In this document: piece after piece, positions 47,110 through 61,375 of the stretch | Position numbering within the stretch: the first letter of the stretch is position 1 | How the letters are laid out: each line of letters starts with the position of its first letter | Source of the DNA: Sphyrna mokarran | Taxonomy: Eukaryota | Length of the DNA stretch: 64,000 nucleotides | Reading direction: 5' to 3' | NCBI GenBank assembly: GCA_024679065.1 | Contig: JAGIQG010000009.1 | Location: 107,260,001 to 107,324,000 of the forward strand | Notes under the pieces: model-generated | Told to the model about the DNA's origin: nothing | What the model saw: only the letters and a program-made list of their open reading frames with translations | Databases searched by the model: none | Made by a program: the position numbers and the translations under genes

Positions 47110-50100
47110 TTCCCTGTTACTTGTTCTGTGTGTTTGAATTGCCAAGAACTGTCCAATGAAGCAGTTTGTCATTGATATCTAGGCATAAGTGGGTTATAAA
47201 TTCCGAGATTTTTGAATAACTTAAAATAATTTTATGAAAAAGTTAGTGAATGGTTATATCTTCATCCAGTCTTTTAATGTTTCGAAGCTTTTGAGATCTT
47301 CCTGCTGACAATAAACCGGAAGGATAGCAAAATTCATAAGTCTGTAATCCATCAATTGCACCCCTGATGAATATCAGTATCGACAAATGGCTGCACTAAA
47401 TAAAGGTATTTTGTAATTATAACGAGAGAGTGTTTATGATTATTATTTCCTGTGGCAACTCATTCGCCTTCCCCATAAATCGCGGTATGAGAAATGTTCG
47501 ACTGAACTCTCCTTCACTCTTTTGGTGAGAATTTTATTACTTTGTTATCGTTTCACGGGATGTTTGCATCGCTGGCCAAGCCAATATGTTTTGTCCATTT
47601 CGAGTCTTGAGAAGGTGGCAATTAGCTATCCTCTTGAACCTCAACAATCTATGTTGTGTAGATACGTCCTCAGTGCTGTTACTGAGGAAGTTCCAGGATT
47701 TTGACCCAGCGGCAGTGAAAGAACAATAGTATATTTCTAAGCCAGGATAATATGTCATTTCCAGGGACATATGTAGGTGGTAGAGTTCCCATGCACTTGC
47801 TACTTGTTCAGCCCCAAGCCGGGAATCCAACCCAGGTCTCTGGTGCTGTGAAGCAGCAGTGCCAACCACTGTGCTACCGTGCTGCCCATTGAGTTTCTCG
47901 ATGAGAGCTCTGATTCACCACCATCCGAGTAGAGAAGTGAACAAAAACCTTGTATGTGAGAACACGACCAGCAGGCAGTCTGGGAAATCAAACGCAGAGT
48001 GAGGCAACCTCCCAGACGCTAAAACAAAAACTGGAGATCAAGATTTCACAGCAAGTTTTTACGTTATTAAATATTGTGATTTATTAGTTATGCATTATCT
48101 GTTAGTTCATTCAGCAAAAATTGCATCAACATCTACTGCTATTTCTTACAGACTATTCGAATTCTCCAATCTCCACTCTACAGCCGGGTTATGTCAAATG
48201 TTTTGTAAGAACTTGAGTATTATGAAACTAAGGAAGTATCACTTACTGCTAAATTTTACCCATGCTGAGTAACATTTCCTGCTTTAAGACCAAATGTTCA
48301 ATTGTGGCACCCCTTGGCTCAGTTTGTGATTTCTGGTCAGAATTTCAACCCAACTTTAATGTTGCCTGTTTTGGGGCCGTCACGATGCATTTGTTGTCGT
48401 AGTTAAAACTGTCCTCCCCCCCCCGTGGCAAGACAGATTGGTTCAAGATGATTTATTGACTATAGCACTACAGACTTCGACGAAAGCATTCAGACTAGCC
48501 AGAGTGCAGGATTCAGAAATAGTCAAGCAATTTGAAATTCGATTAGCATGGACTGATCGAAGTGAAGAACTTACCTATATCCACTCATAAATATTGAGTA
48601 AGGTTACATCATGCATACATAAGGATAGGGCAGTATGATAGTACAATGGTTGGCACTGCTGCCTCAGTGCACCAGGGACCCTGGTTGGATTCCCAACTTG
48701 GGTCACTGTTGGTGTTAAATTTACATGTTCCCCCGTGTTTGCGTGTGTTTCTCTGGGTGGTCCAGTTTCCTCCCACGTTCTGAAAGATGCACTCGTCAAA
48801 TTCATTGATCCGAAGAGGCGCTGGATTGTGGCATCTGGGGGAATTTCACAGTAACTTCATTGCAGTGTTAATGTAAACTTACTTGTGACTAATAAATAAA
48901 CTTTACTTTGTTTTATAGTTGTCCAATGATAACTTGTGGATATTATACCATCAAGTAATGATGGTTATATATCTGACCAATGGTAGATCAACTTTCCTTT
49001 CCATTGTTTCTTGTTCTAATGTGCTACAAATGCACATCGTTCAATTAATTGATCATGCTTCTCATCTGGGTTTGCATTAACAAAAATCTTTGGTTTTCAC
49101 ATAATCTTACCGTATGGCTGAGATACTGCTTGCAGCTTATGTGATTTGTAAACTTTTGTAATTGTTAACCCTTTCATTGCCAAAGCTAATTTACCATTGG
49201 ATTGTAAGATCGTTGAGCCTCAAATTTGGATGAATGTCAAAATATGCAATCTCCAAAAGCCTCGCTCTGCTAACATCTGTTAACAAGGGGAAAAACTGTA
49301 AGGATAGATTCACCTTGTTAGGTATTTAGCTTCTGCGCAATTATCTATATCACAGTCAGGCGTCCATGATAGAGGTGGCTTAGATTTCTGTACAACCATA
49401 TTCAAATACTTTCAAATACATTTAGATTTGCTGAAGTTATGTTAAACAGGAGTAGGTACAAAACCTTAAGCTTTAATGCGCTAAGTCACGTAGCAGGCTA
49501 ATTGCTGACACGTACAATACAAAGGTCTATTTCTAACACTTCCGGGTATAGTTAAGGTAAGAGCAGATCTGAGACATAAACACATCTGCAACATGTCAAA
49601 TCAATAAATTTCCCGTTGAATGTTACTGATGGATTCATTGCCCTTAACACATATAATTAATCAGCCATTGAATCTGTCTACACTTCCAGTTGCCTCCGCA
49701 AAGCAGCCAGCATAATTAAGACCTCATGCACACCGGGCATTTTCTCTTCCACCTTCTTCCTTCGGGAAAAATATACAAAAGCATGAAGTCACGTACCAAC
49801 TGACTCAAGAACAGCTTCTTCCCTGCTACTATCAGACTTTGAAGGAACTTATCTTACATTAAGTTGATCTTTCTCTATACCCGAGCTATGACTGCAACAC
49901 CACATTCTCACTCTCTCATTTCGTTCTCCATGAACGGTGTGGTTTGTCTGTACAGCGCAAGAAGCAATACCTTTCAGTATATGATAATTCATGTGACAAT
50001 AATAAATCAAATCAAAAACAATTGTATATGCTTTCACGGGAATGCTGATACGTTTTGGACAGAGTGATTCAGAAGGATTTTCTTGCTTTAATTATTTATC

Positions 50101-51239
50101 TTTTAAATTCTTATACACACGATTGCGTTCTATGAAGGCATTGAATATTTTAATCTCCGGGCTATGTAGATTTCAGTTTTACCACCTGGAAGGTCATCTG
50201 ACAGGCACCATAATCCCTTCCCCCACTTTAAGGAGCAGATCTGATTTTAATTGCACGAATTGAATTGGACGAGGATCAGGCGACAGCTACAAAGGAGAAG
50301 CAGAGTCGACTATATTAAACAAACATTTTCTCTTCCAAATGTTGGATATTGGGTGCGTCCATTGTTGGCACCGCGTCTAAATTGGTTTTGATCAATGGGG
50401 TCCATTTTATACCACTTCCAGAGAAAATTCTAATTGACGTATATAAAAGAGGTTACGAATCCGATATTTTAGGCTTTCACTATAGCCACCGGCTGAATAT
50501 TTTGGGCTGACTCTATCAACTGTGATAACATTACTCATTCGTGTGAGAAGATAATGGGTCTCGATGCTATCTGATTTGGGGGAATGGAGTGGAAATCTGC
50601 CTGTTTTGCGCCATTCATCATCTGTGCATACCGATTGCCCCATGCATGCTTTCATTCCCTGCAGCTGACCTACGCAGCTAAGGACATTAAACTGAAAATG
50701 CAGCTATTGAAAGGACATAGAAAGGAGCAATCAGAATGAGCGAGGAGCTGGAAGGATTGAGTAACGCAGAGCGAATGGAAGTTGAAAAAAACAAACATTT
50801 ACAGGGGATATGATTGTTGCTTTTGTGATTCAAAAGGGGCTAAACAACATGGCTGACGAGAGGCTAGTTAAACCGAACGTCCGTAATGAAGAATTATTAA
50901 AGGTAATAGAATAGAAAGACAAAATGAATTGATATTTGGACAAGATGAATAGTAGAATGAAAAGATATGATCTGTAATTAAATTGAGTAATCAGCAAAAA
51001 ATAAAATACCTGGGTAAATATGTGGTTAATCTATGAAAAAACTACTTAACGGCTGTTAAAAACAATTACATTTGGTTCATGGAAGTGCACATTGGATCGT
51101 TCTTTTTTAGAAGGCTATTTCTAAATCGGCCATTTGAGTGACTCAGGGGACAGAGTGTGGTTAGTGCAACATAATAGGCAATAGAAGCTTGAGGTTCAGC
51201 CTCTGGAACGAAGTCTGGCAGCAAAACGTTCCTCTCGCC

Positions 51240-52248
51240 TCATGTCAGGGTAAACTGGAGGCCAGTTGCTAGCAATATATCGCAGGGATCAGTGCTGGGT
51301 CCTCTGTTATTTGTGATTTTTATCAATGACTTGGAAGAGGAAGCTAAAGGGTGAGTTAGTAAATTTGCTGATGACACCAAAATTGGTGGAGTAGTGGATA
51401 AGTTGGAGGGCTCCTGTAAGCTGCAAAAAGACATTGGTAGGATCTAGAGCTGGGCAGAAAAGTGGCAGATGGAGTTTAACCCTGATAAGTGCGAGGTGAT
51501 TCATTTTGGTAGGATAAACTTGAATGTGGATTACAGGGTCAATGGCAGGGTTCTGAACACAGAGATCATGAGGTTCATATCCACAGGGCTCTGAAGGTTT
51601 CCACTCAAGTGGATAGAGTTGTGAAGAAGGCTCATAGTCTGTTGGTGTTTATTAATAGAGGTTTGAGTTTAAGAACCGTGGGGTTATGCTGTAACGATAC
51701 AGCACCTTAGTAAGATCACATTTGGAATATTGTGTGCAGTTCTGGTCACCTCACTCTAAGAAGGATGTTGAAGCATTGGCGAGAGTGCAGAGAAGATTTA
51801 CTAGGATGCTGCCTGGTTTGGAGGCTGTGTCTTATGGGGAAAGTTTGAGAAAGCTGGGGCTTTTCTCTTTAGAGTGGAGAAGGATGAGGGGCGACTTAAT
51901 AGAGGTTTATAAAATGATGAAGGGGATAGATAGAGTGGACATGAGATTATTTCCTCAGGTGGATGTTGCTGTTACTAGGTGGCATAACTTTCAGGTTCAT
52001 GGTGGGAGATATAGGAGGGATGTCCGAGATAAATTCTTTACTCAAAGAGTGGTTGGGGTGTGGAATGGATTGCCTGCTGTGATAGTGGAGTCTGACACTT
52101 CGGGAACTTTCAAGCGATTATAGGATAGGCACATGGAGCACAATAGATTGATAGGTAATGGGATAGTTTGATCTTGGGTTTAGATATAGCGCAGCACAAC
52201 ATTAAGAGCTGAAGGGCCTATACTATGCTGTACTGTTCAATGTTCTAT
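51240..52248 (+). mobile_element. 5'-truncated CR1 LINE
   Basis: [27 protein letters not shown] and FFTQRVVGVWN motifs. Confidence 0.92.
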
Positions 52249-53702
52249 AAATGGATAGAAACGGATTGTTGTGATTGGTCAGAACTCTATTGTCATTGCG
52301 TCATGCAGTAACAAGTCTGGCAGAAAGCAGGTAGCAGTCCACATCCTTGTATTCTATATCTCAGAATTCCAGACTTCTGAAGTGTTATTGTATTATCCGA
52401 AACAAATAGACCCTTTGCCATTATGACTGATAAATATGCTCTTCCTCAATGTGTCACCGAAAAGGATAGATATCGAACTTGAGATTCTCTGTAAATAGAA
52501 ATCAAAATACTGCAGGTGCTGCAATTCTGAAATGGAAATAGCAAATGTTGTAAAACTTCTGAAGGTCCGGCAGAAGTAGTGGAGAGAGAAGCAGAATTAA
52601 AGCTTCGAGTCCAATATGACTGTTCTTCAGAATCTACATACTGGATTCGAAAGGTTAATTCAGTTAATCAACAGATGCGACTGGATCTTCTGACTGTTTC
52701 CAGAACCTTCTGCTTATATTCCCTGGGAATCATCATTCTCCATTAAAAGGTGTCCCTTAAACGGGCACAAATGAAACATAGCATGTGTTCTCTGTTGTTA
52801 CTTCAACACTTTAAGTTCTAACAGCTCTAATCAAACAAGGCATAGAATGCAGTGCTTAGAGTCTAAGAGGGAACTTTTTTTGTTGTTAATAAAGTAAGTG
52901 CGACACCCTGTGTCCTTATCCAAGAATAACACATTGTAATAAACCTCGGTGTGATCACAGAATCTTAGTGTGCGGAAGGAGGCCATTCGACTCATTGAGT
53001 CTGCACTGACCACAATCCCTCCCAGGCCATAATCCCATATCACTAGCTAGCCACAAAAAGAGCAGTTTAAAATGGCCAATCCACCTAACCCGCACATCTG
53101 GGAGGAAACCAGAGCACCGGGAGGCAACCCATGCAGACACGGGGAGAATGTGCAAAATCTACACAGACAGTGTCACAATCCGGCAATTGAACCCAGGCCC
53201 AATGCTAGCCACTGTGCTACCGTGCCGCCCGTGATCTGAAGATTCGTAAGTGTATTGCTATTTTAGCTGAAAAATGCAATTCAATTCACATTTAAAATGT
53301 AAGTTAATTATGCATTCTTCTATTCTCCATTGTTTGTTCGGAACTTAGTCACTACTGGTTAGTGCCATTCCGACAGTGCCCAGCAGCTTCTAAAACTTCA
53401 GTGTCTGTTTTATAAGCATGTAGAGAATAAATTGTTGATAGGCGTCGTATCCTGCACGATCTAACTCTAAATTTGCTGGATACCATTTCCTGTGCAGTTT
53501 TAAAGCGACTTGTTAAATAATAACCATTACAATGAACGCAAATTATTCACTTCATTTTCAGCGACAGTCCAATCTGCGCAACTTCTTCATCAGTGCAAAG
53601 CCCCAAAAATAATGTCATCGCTGTAGTCAACCATCAAGGCATTGACAGCATTTGTCTTCAACTTCATTGCATGTAATCTTTACTATAGTGGATTCGTCGG
53701 CG

Positions 53703-53760
53703 ATGGATCCCTTTCTGCAAGTTAGTCGGATACAGCTGATTCTCCTTGTTCTAAGTACTG
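53703..53760 (+). CDS. Gene C probable signal-peptide exon
   Basis: gcgATGG context, reads MDPFLQVSRIQLILLVLST, phase-1 donor CTG|gttagt. 58 nt, the same length and phase as the gene B leader. Confidence 0.6.
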
Positions 53761-54603
53761 GTTAGTTACCTTATATTGTTTGCATGTTATTATTGTATAT
53801 TTTATTGTATATTTTCATTGGAAAGTAATTAACATGTAAATTGAAAAAAAGACGCCTCAAATTTAAAAAAATTATAGGCATTGCACAGTCACAAAAACAG
53901 TTGAGGAACAATGTAATCGTAATATAGGACATTCTTCTGTAAAATCCTAACTTCAGGATGGTCTCGATCTTGAGTCTGCATGTCTTTCTATTCCTGCAGC
54001 TCCATTCAAATAATCCCATTAACTCATATTTTCTCTCACATTGTTCCAGGCAAAATTGAGAGACTTCATATTTATCTACATTGTAGTGTATTTGCAAAAT
54101 GTATATTTTCATCAGTCTGAATTTATCCTGAAATGTCTTACTATCCTCTTCATTGTTTTCTACAATTTAGGGTTTCAAGTGTTCTACAAATTATATTTGA
54201 AACTTACTCGAATATAATGAAATCAAAGCTAACACTACAACTTTATTCCTATGGGTTTTCTCAATGTTACCATGATAACCTGTGACCCTTTCTCAGATGT
54301 CATTTATACTTCCATATGCACAACATGATCTACAAAAAGAAAAGGAACTTCGGAAGGGAGCTTTAACTTTGGATACCATCCTTTTCCCATTCATAGCAAA
54401 GATTTACTCTGCACTTGAACCATCTCTTCATTGACAGTTCACACAATTGAATTATTGTTTTGCCTACCAATGTTTGTATTTAATGCATGCAGGCTAGATT
54501 CTTTAATAACTCACTGAAAATAGCCATCATCTAGTTAAACATTTTTTTCTGCGAAATTGTTCCTTGCACTTTTCCATAACTATGTTAAATCAGATTGCAT
54601 TGT

Positions 54604-56505
54604 GATCACTGTGACCCAAATGAGCCCACACTGAACTGTTGTCTGCAAACCAACCACATTCTAGTCGAGTAAACCCAGTACTGATTCCTTGGGCTTTGGC
54701 AGATAAGACAAAGGAGAATCCATAGAGCTTGTACAAATACATAAAGAGCAAAAGAGTAACTAGGGATAGAATGGGGCCTCTTATGGATCAACAAGGCCAT
54801 ATATGTGTGGATCCACAAGAAATGGATGAGATTCTGAATGATTATTTCTCATCAGTATTTAAAGTTGAGAATGGCACAGATGCTAGGAATTTGGGGAAGT
54901 AAATAGTGATGTCTTGAGGAGTGTACATGTTACACAGAAGGAGATGCTGGAAGTCTTAAAGAGCATCAAGGTAGATAAATCCCCGGGACCTGATGAAGTG
55001 ATACCCACGACGTTTGGGAGGCTAAGGAGAAAATTGCGCGTCCCTTCGCAGAGATATTTGATTCATGGTGATCCACAAATGTGATGCCTGAAGATCGGAG
55101 GGTGGAAAATGTTGTGGCTTTGTTTAAGATAGGGTGCAGGGAAAAGCCGGGGAACTGCAGGCCAGTGAGCCTAACGTCTGTAGTGAGTACGTTGTTACAT
55201 TGTATTCTGAGAGACAGGATCTACAAGCATTGAAAGACAGGGATTGATTAGAGACAGTCAGCATAGCTTTGTGAGTGGAAAACCATGTCTCACGAATTTG
55301 ATTAAGTTTTTTTGAAAGGATAATCAAAGAGGTATATGAGAGCAGTGCAGTCAACGTTGTCTACCTGGACTTTACGGCCTTTGACAAGGTACCACAAAGT
55401 AGGTTATTGTGTAAAGTTAATCTCAGGGGATCCAGGATGAGGTAACTAATTGGATTTAAAATTGGCTAGATGACAGAAAACAGACTGGTTGAAGAGGGTT
55501 GTCTTTTAAACTGGAGGCCTGTGACCAGTGATGTGTTTCAGGGATCGGTGCTAGGTCCAATGTTATTTATTATTTATATTAATGATTTGGATGAGAATTT
55601 AGGAGGCATAGTTAGTACGTTTGCAGATGTATCAACATTGATGGCATAGTGGGGCATAAAGGATGTTATCCAGGATTGCAACGGAATCTTGATCAGTTGG
55701 GCCAATAGGTTGATGAATGGCAATGGAGTTTAATTTACAAAAATTGCGAGGTGATCCTTTTTGATGAGTCGAACAATGGCAGAACTTACTTAAGTAATGG
55801 TAGGCCGCTGGGGAGAGTTATAGAACAAAGAGATAAGTGGAATAGGTTCATAGATCCTTGAAAGTGGAGTCATAGGTGAACTGGGAGGTGAAGAAGGCTT
55901 TCAGCATGGTTGGTTTCATTGTCACAACACTGAATATAGGAGTTCAACCTCTTGTTGAAATTGTATTAGACATTAGTGGCGCCACACTTGGAATACTCGG
56001 AATACTATAATCATCCTATATTAGAAAGAATATTATTAAATTAGAAAGAATGCAGAAAAGAATTACTAAGATGCTACCAGGACTTGACAGATTGAGTTAT
56101 AAGGAGAGGCTGGATAGACTGATACTTTTTTCTCTGAAGCGTAGGAGGCTTAGAGATGATCTTTTAGAGGTCAATAAAATAATGAGGGGCTTAGATTAGC
56201 TATGCAGGCAAAATCACTTCTCAAGGGAGTCTAAAATTGGAGGGCAGAGGTTTAAAGCGATAGGGGTGAGATACAAAAGATCCAGACAGGCGTTTTTTTA
56301 CACAGGGTGGTGAGTGTCTGGACTGAGCCGCCAGAGGTAGTAGTAGAGGCAATTAGACAGTTACACGGGTAAGATTGGTCCAGAGAAATATGGGCCAAAC
56401 GCGGTCACTTTGGCTTGGATTAATGGTAAAAACTGGGTAGCATGGTTAAGTTGGGCCAGAGGGCCTGTTTCAATGCTGCAAACCTCCATGACTCTATGAA
56501 TCTAT
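54604..56505 (+). mobile_element. Decayed CR1 LINE (RT to 3' end)
   Basis: KSPGPD, RPVSLTSVV, QGSVLGP and FAD motifs with many disablements, and a ctatga tail. Confidence 0.88.
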
Positions 56506-56624
56506 GGCTGGTTGGATAATAAAACACCGTATTGTCATGACTCGGTCTTTCCCGCAGCTTTTCTCAGTTTAGCTGTAAAACAACTTATTTGGTTCCATAT
56601 ACGCAGCTAGTGATTTATTCACAG

Positions 56625-58385
56625 ATTTCAGCGAATTGTTAGAGCGCAAAAGGAGGCTATTTGGCTCATTGTGTCTGCATCGACTCTCTGTATATTTCAC
56701 CCTGTGTCATTATCCTGTTTGCTCTCCATAATCCTATAGATAGTTTCTTTTGAAATAACCATCTAATTCACTCTTGATTGGCGCAATTGAACTGACTCCA
56801 CCACATTCTCAAGCAGAGAATTCCAGACACTAAGCGCAATATTGTTTGAAAACGTTGCTCAGCCGCCTACTCTATCAATATCTCTTTGAAACTACCTTAT
56901 GCCCACTTCACAACTTACTTCTCTACCTATCATTGTATCATTAGCAAATTCATCAGCTGCACCATCCATCCCTTTATCCAAGCCACACATATAAATTCTA
57001 GAAAGTTGAAGTTTCGGCACTGATCCCTGTAGTGCATCACTCTTTACGTCTTGCCAATCAGAAAATGACCACTTATATCATCATTAGTCTTTTAGTAAGT
57101 ATTAGGTCCATAAGAAATTCAATCTTCTACCCACGTGAACATGTTGTCTGCTACACAACGACCTTTTGTTTTCTGCAATAGCCATTGATGTGGTACTTTA
57201 TTAAATCTGTTTTAGGAATCTAACACAGTACGTCTATCTGCTTCCCTTCGTACTCAACATATGTATGTTCAGTAAATTTGTTGAACAAATTTCACAAAAC
57301 CATATTGATTCTGCCTGTTTGCCCTACTAGAACATATTGAATAATTGTTTCTCCAAATTTCCAATAACAGATGTAACATCTGTCACCCTCCCCTTTTGAA
57401 TAAAGGAGTTGCATTCATTGTTTTCTAATGGAGCCTTTCTCGAACTTAGAGAATTTGGGCAAAAAGAAAACAAGCACACCGACCTAATCACTAGTCCCTT
57501 TATTTCTGACGCTGTGATGCAATCACCCAGGATCAATGAACTTGTTAAACCAGAGCTTCAATAGCTTGCTCAGAACTGCATCCCTGGTTTTGTAATTTTA
57601 TGAGTTCCTCCCTTCCATTTCCTGATTTTCAGCTATTCCTGGAATCTTACTTGTACCGTACGGAATGAGTACAGTTGTCATGTATCTGAATAATTCGCAT
57701 GCCATCTCATTATTTTCCACGAAAAATCCTCAGCTTTACTTTCTATAGGACACATGATTTTTAGTTCTTTCCTTTTTCAATATCTATAGAAACTTACATT
57801 AACGTGTTTTTAAAAATATTTCCAGCGATATTTTTCTCGTTAATGAACGTATCACCACGTAGCCATTCTCTGTTTTTTTATATTCTTTCCAATCTTCAGA
57901 CGTCAAATTTCATTGTGCAATTATATGATTTTTAAAATGCTTGATGTCATCTAACTGTTTCGTTAACCTCGGATGGTGGATTCTCCTTTAGCTTGTTTTC
58001 TTCTTGTTGGAATACATCTATTCTGTGCTTTTAAATATCCTTATAAATGTCTGCTCCGTCATCTCTATTGAAGTATCCCATAACTAATTTTGCTAGTTCA
58101 CTTTACATAGATCTAATTTCATGTCCTCATAACTACTCTTATGTATGTTTAAAATACTAGTTTAAACTCCATTCTTCTTTCCTTCAGACTGAATGTTAAA
58201 TTCAATCACGTTTAATTGCTGCTACCAAGTGCAGCCTTCACTCTGAGATCATTAATTAATCCTACTGTGATGCACAATACCAGGCCTCGTATAGTCTGCC
58301 CTCAGCTTCACATGCTGTTGTAAAATTCTGTTCCCAAAACATTACATGAATTACATTGCCATGAAGTCTTTGTCCATCTGATTGT
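56625..58385 (-). mobile_element. Old antisense CR1 relic
   Basis: Antisense QGSVP (ggcactgatccctg) and further degenerate CR1 sequence. Confidence 0.65.
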
Positions 58386-59720
58386 CTCAAGCCAAAACAG
58401 TTAGTAAGCTTTTGCAAGACCAGGCCAAATGGTGGGGGTTACACGTAATGTAACATAAACCCAAGATCTTGGTTGAGGTCGGTCTCATGCGTGTGGAACT
58501 TGGCTATCAAGTTTTGTTCAATGGTTCTAACTGTCCTGGCTTTGTCTATATATACCTTGTATATGAAACCTATCTCTCCACTCAGCTGATGAAGGAGCAG
58601 CGCTCCAAAAGCTCGTGATTACAAATAAACGTCTTGTACTTTAACCTGGTGTTGTGAGACTTTAAATTGTTGTCAATAAATGTAGGTCCTTAAGTAACCG
58701 GGTAGAGCGATTTCATGCGTAATTGAAGTCCGTTGTCAACCCACAGAAAGGTTTCTTCGATAGCTCCAATTAGATTTTTTGCTACTTGATAGTTATATGT
58801 ACAACCATCTTAACATTACTACTTTGACTCACAAGTTAATGTAGCTAAAGAGGTGTCTCAGATGGCCATAAGCTGTTCTCTCATTTGACGGGGAGAGGTG
58901 ACTGGTGTTGATTTAACTTCAGGATCATCACACCTCAGGCGAGGAGCAAGGTTGAGAAGGTTAATCAATAACCTCAATTGGTACAAGAATTGACCACACG
59001 CTGTTTTCATCTCTCTGTATCACCAACCAGCTGTCCATATATTTATGCTAGTGAGTGTTTGAATATTGAAACATTTTTCTCCCGCCTTCTCACATTTTCC
59101 GTCAGGTCTACACTTTATGAATAAGATAATACATTAAAAGCCTTTGCAACTACCTGTTTTACTGAAGAGTGTATAGCGTGTAAGGAACAAGATTTTCACT
59201 GTATGTTAATACATGTGACAAATAATAATTCAAATCAAATCAAGGCTATGTGCGATTCTGCACACGATGGGACAAAACCCTCGTTTCATTGGCTGATACT
59301 CGAAGACAGTTGACTGGGACTTCTAAGGTGGCAATGAGAGATCTAAATCACTGTAACTGTTGCAACGATTCAAAGGCGGAATTTTGAGACCTAATTGAAA
59401 TCTAAATTACAAAACTAAAATCCAACAACAAATCACATCTTGATTATAGACATGTTTGTTGTTTCCAAAGTGCTACTGTCCTTGTCTTGACTTCACAAAT
59501 ACAAGTAACTATGTCCTGTCAAACGTCGATCATTAACATATGAGCTCAGATGTCTGTGAGAAGGAAATGCAAATTAATGTCTGTTCCAAATATGTTTTCA
59601 CCCTGCTGTATATCCGAAGCGTTACTAATTTTATTCTACAATTTGTATTGAACAGCTATTTTTGTTCCTTAACATCAACCTGACCAAAGAAACAGAAATA
59701 GTGTCTTTTTATCATTTCAG

Positions 59721-59855
59721 AGAAGATAAAGGATTCAGATTGTCCGGCCACTTTCGTATCTGCACTGTGGAGAACAATAATCTTGCTAGTTGTTATACTA
59801 ATTTTCTTGCTACCTACGATAATAGTAGCAAGCAAACTGAAATGGAAATGTAAAG
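59721..59855 (+). CDS. Gene C stalk+transmembrane exon with Arg near the TM N-terminus (activating NKp30 type)
   Basis: Acceptor gtctttttatcatttcag and donor AAAG|gtatgt, 135 nt, phase 1-1. Reads (E)KIKDSDCPATFVSALWRTIILLVVILIFLLPTIIVASKLKWKCK. Confidence 0.82.
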
Positions 59856-61375
59856 GTATGTATTGTTGTAAACCGGTAATGCATGTGTCGTGGTTCCTTT
59901 GAATCATTGTTATATGCATCGTCCACACATGTCCTTGGCAATACTGTGTAGTCGTTTCCTCATCAAAAATGTTCGACTGGCTGACATATTTTGAATAAAT
60001 CTATTCTTCGCCACTGGGTTTTAAGACAGAGAGCAGCACCTAGCTGCGGGAGTCTTCACTCAGCACAATCGAACCTGCTTCGCCATTCATTCAGATATTC
60101 AGAAGGTGGTCTCAACTCTGCCTTCCCACCTGCCTCCCATTACCCAGTATTCCCTTGTCTATCAAAAATCTATCTAACTCAACTTCGCCTAATTTCAATG
60201 ATCCTGGTTTCTGGAAAAGAGAATTCCACACGTTAACGGCCTTCTGAGCTGAAAATCAATCCCTCATTATCCCTTTGTAATTGGGAGACCTCTTAATCTT
60301 AAATTATGTCCCCTATTTCTTCAGTCCACAACACCAGTAAACATGTTTTGCATTGATCCCATCATGTCTGCTTAGTGTACAGGCTCAATCTGTTTGACCT
60401 TTCTTCATAAGATATACTGTTACTCTCAGGAATGCTTCCAGTTTCTAATGCAATTTTTTTTTACTGAAACGGAGTCCAAAATAGAACAAAATACTCCAGA
60501 TGTAGTTTCACCAAGGTGCTGCAGGTGCAAACGATATCTAGTTTTACATCGCATTCCCTTCTAGTAAACGTCAACATTTACAATCCTCCATGCTTTAAGA
60601 ATTATTTTGATGCCACAAAATATTACAAGCAGAGTAACTTGACTTCCATTTTGATATTTGCAAAGATTGCCAACTTACGACACATTGAGCACAAGGCTAT
60701 CAATGGTTGATCTAGCACGTGGCATGGGGCGGCATGGTGGCACAATAGTTAGCACTGCTGCCTCACAACGCCTGGACCTGGGTTCGATTCTCGGCTGGGT
60801 CACTGCCTGGGTGGATTTTGCAAGTTCTCCCTGCTTGCGTGGGTTTCCTCCCAGTACTCCCCTGGTTTTCTCTCACAGTCCAAAGTGCGGGTCAGGTTGA
60901 TTGCCATGCTAAATTACTCCTTTCTTTCAGGCGGACTAGCTACAGTAAATACACCGGGTTAGGGGAATAGAGTCTGGGTGGGATTCTGTTCGGTGCAGAC
61001 TTGTTGGGCCGAATAGCCTCTTTCTAATCTTTATGATTCTACAAGCTAATAATCAGGTTATCAGTTCATGAAAGATCCGTTTTTATCTATCAGTGGGACA
61101 GTTAAGTACTTTTATTGTTGGGATTAAATTTCCTCCTTGAGAAATGCTGTTGGTATTTTTTGCAATTAACAGTCAGAAATTTGTAAAATGGAGAGGTACG
61201 TGTATAGAAAGATAAATGGGCAGAGAGATAATATTTTTGGTGTATTGATAGAAAGGTAGAGTGATGACACTTCATATAACCGGAAAACATATCAAGTAGA
61301 TAGACATATGACATCACAGAACTCTAAATAAATTCTTTGGGAGTTTAATTATTCAAGTTTATTACTTCACTACAG

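Noticed and set aside
47941-47949. Perfect RSS nonamer ACAAAAACC
   Set aside because: No CAC-type heptamer at 12- or 23-bp spacing and no adjacent gene segment.
50407-50655. ORF as the missing Ig domain
   Set aside because: No Cys-Trp-DxxxYxC framework in the frames I examined.
59662-59853. ORF MFLNINLTKE... as a protein
   Set aside because: Wrong frame. The spliced exon 59721-59855 in another frame gives a clear TM domain.
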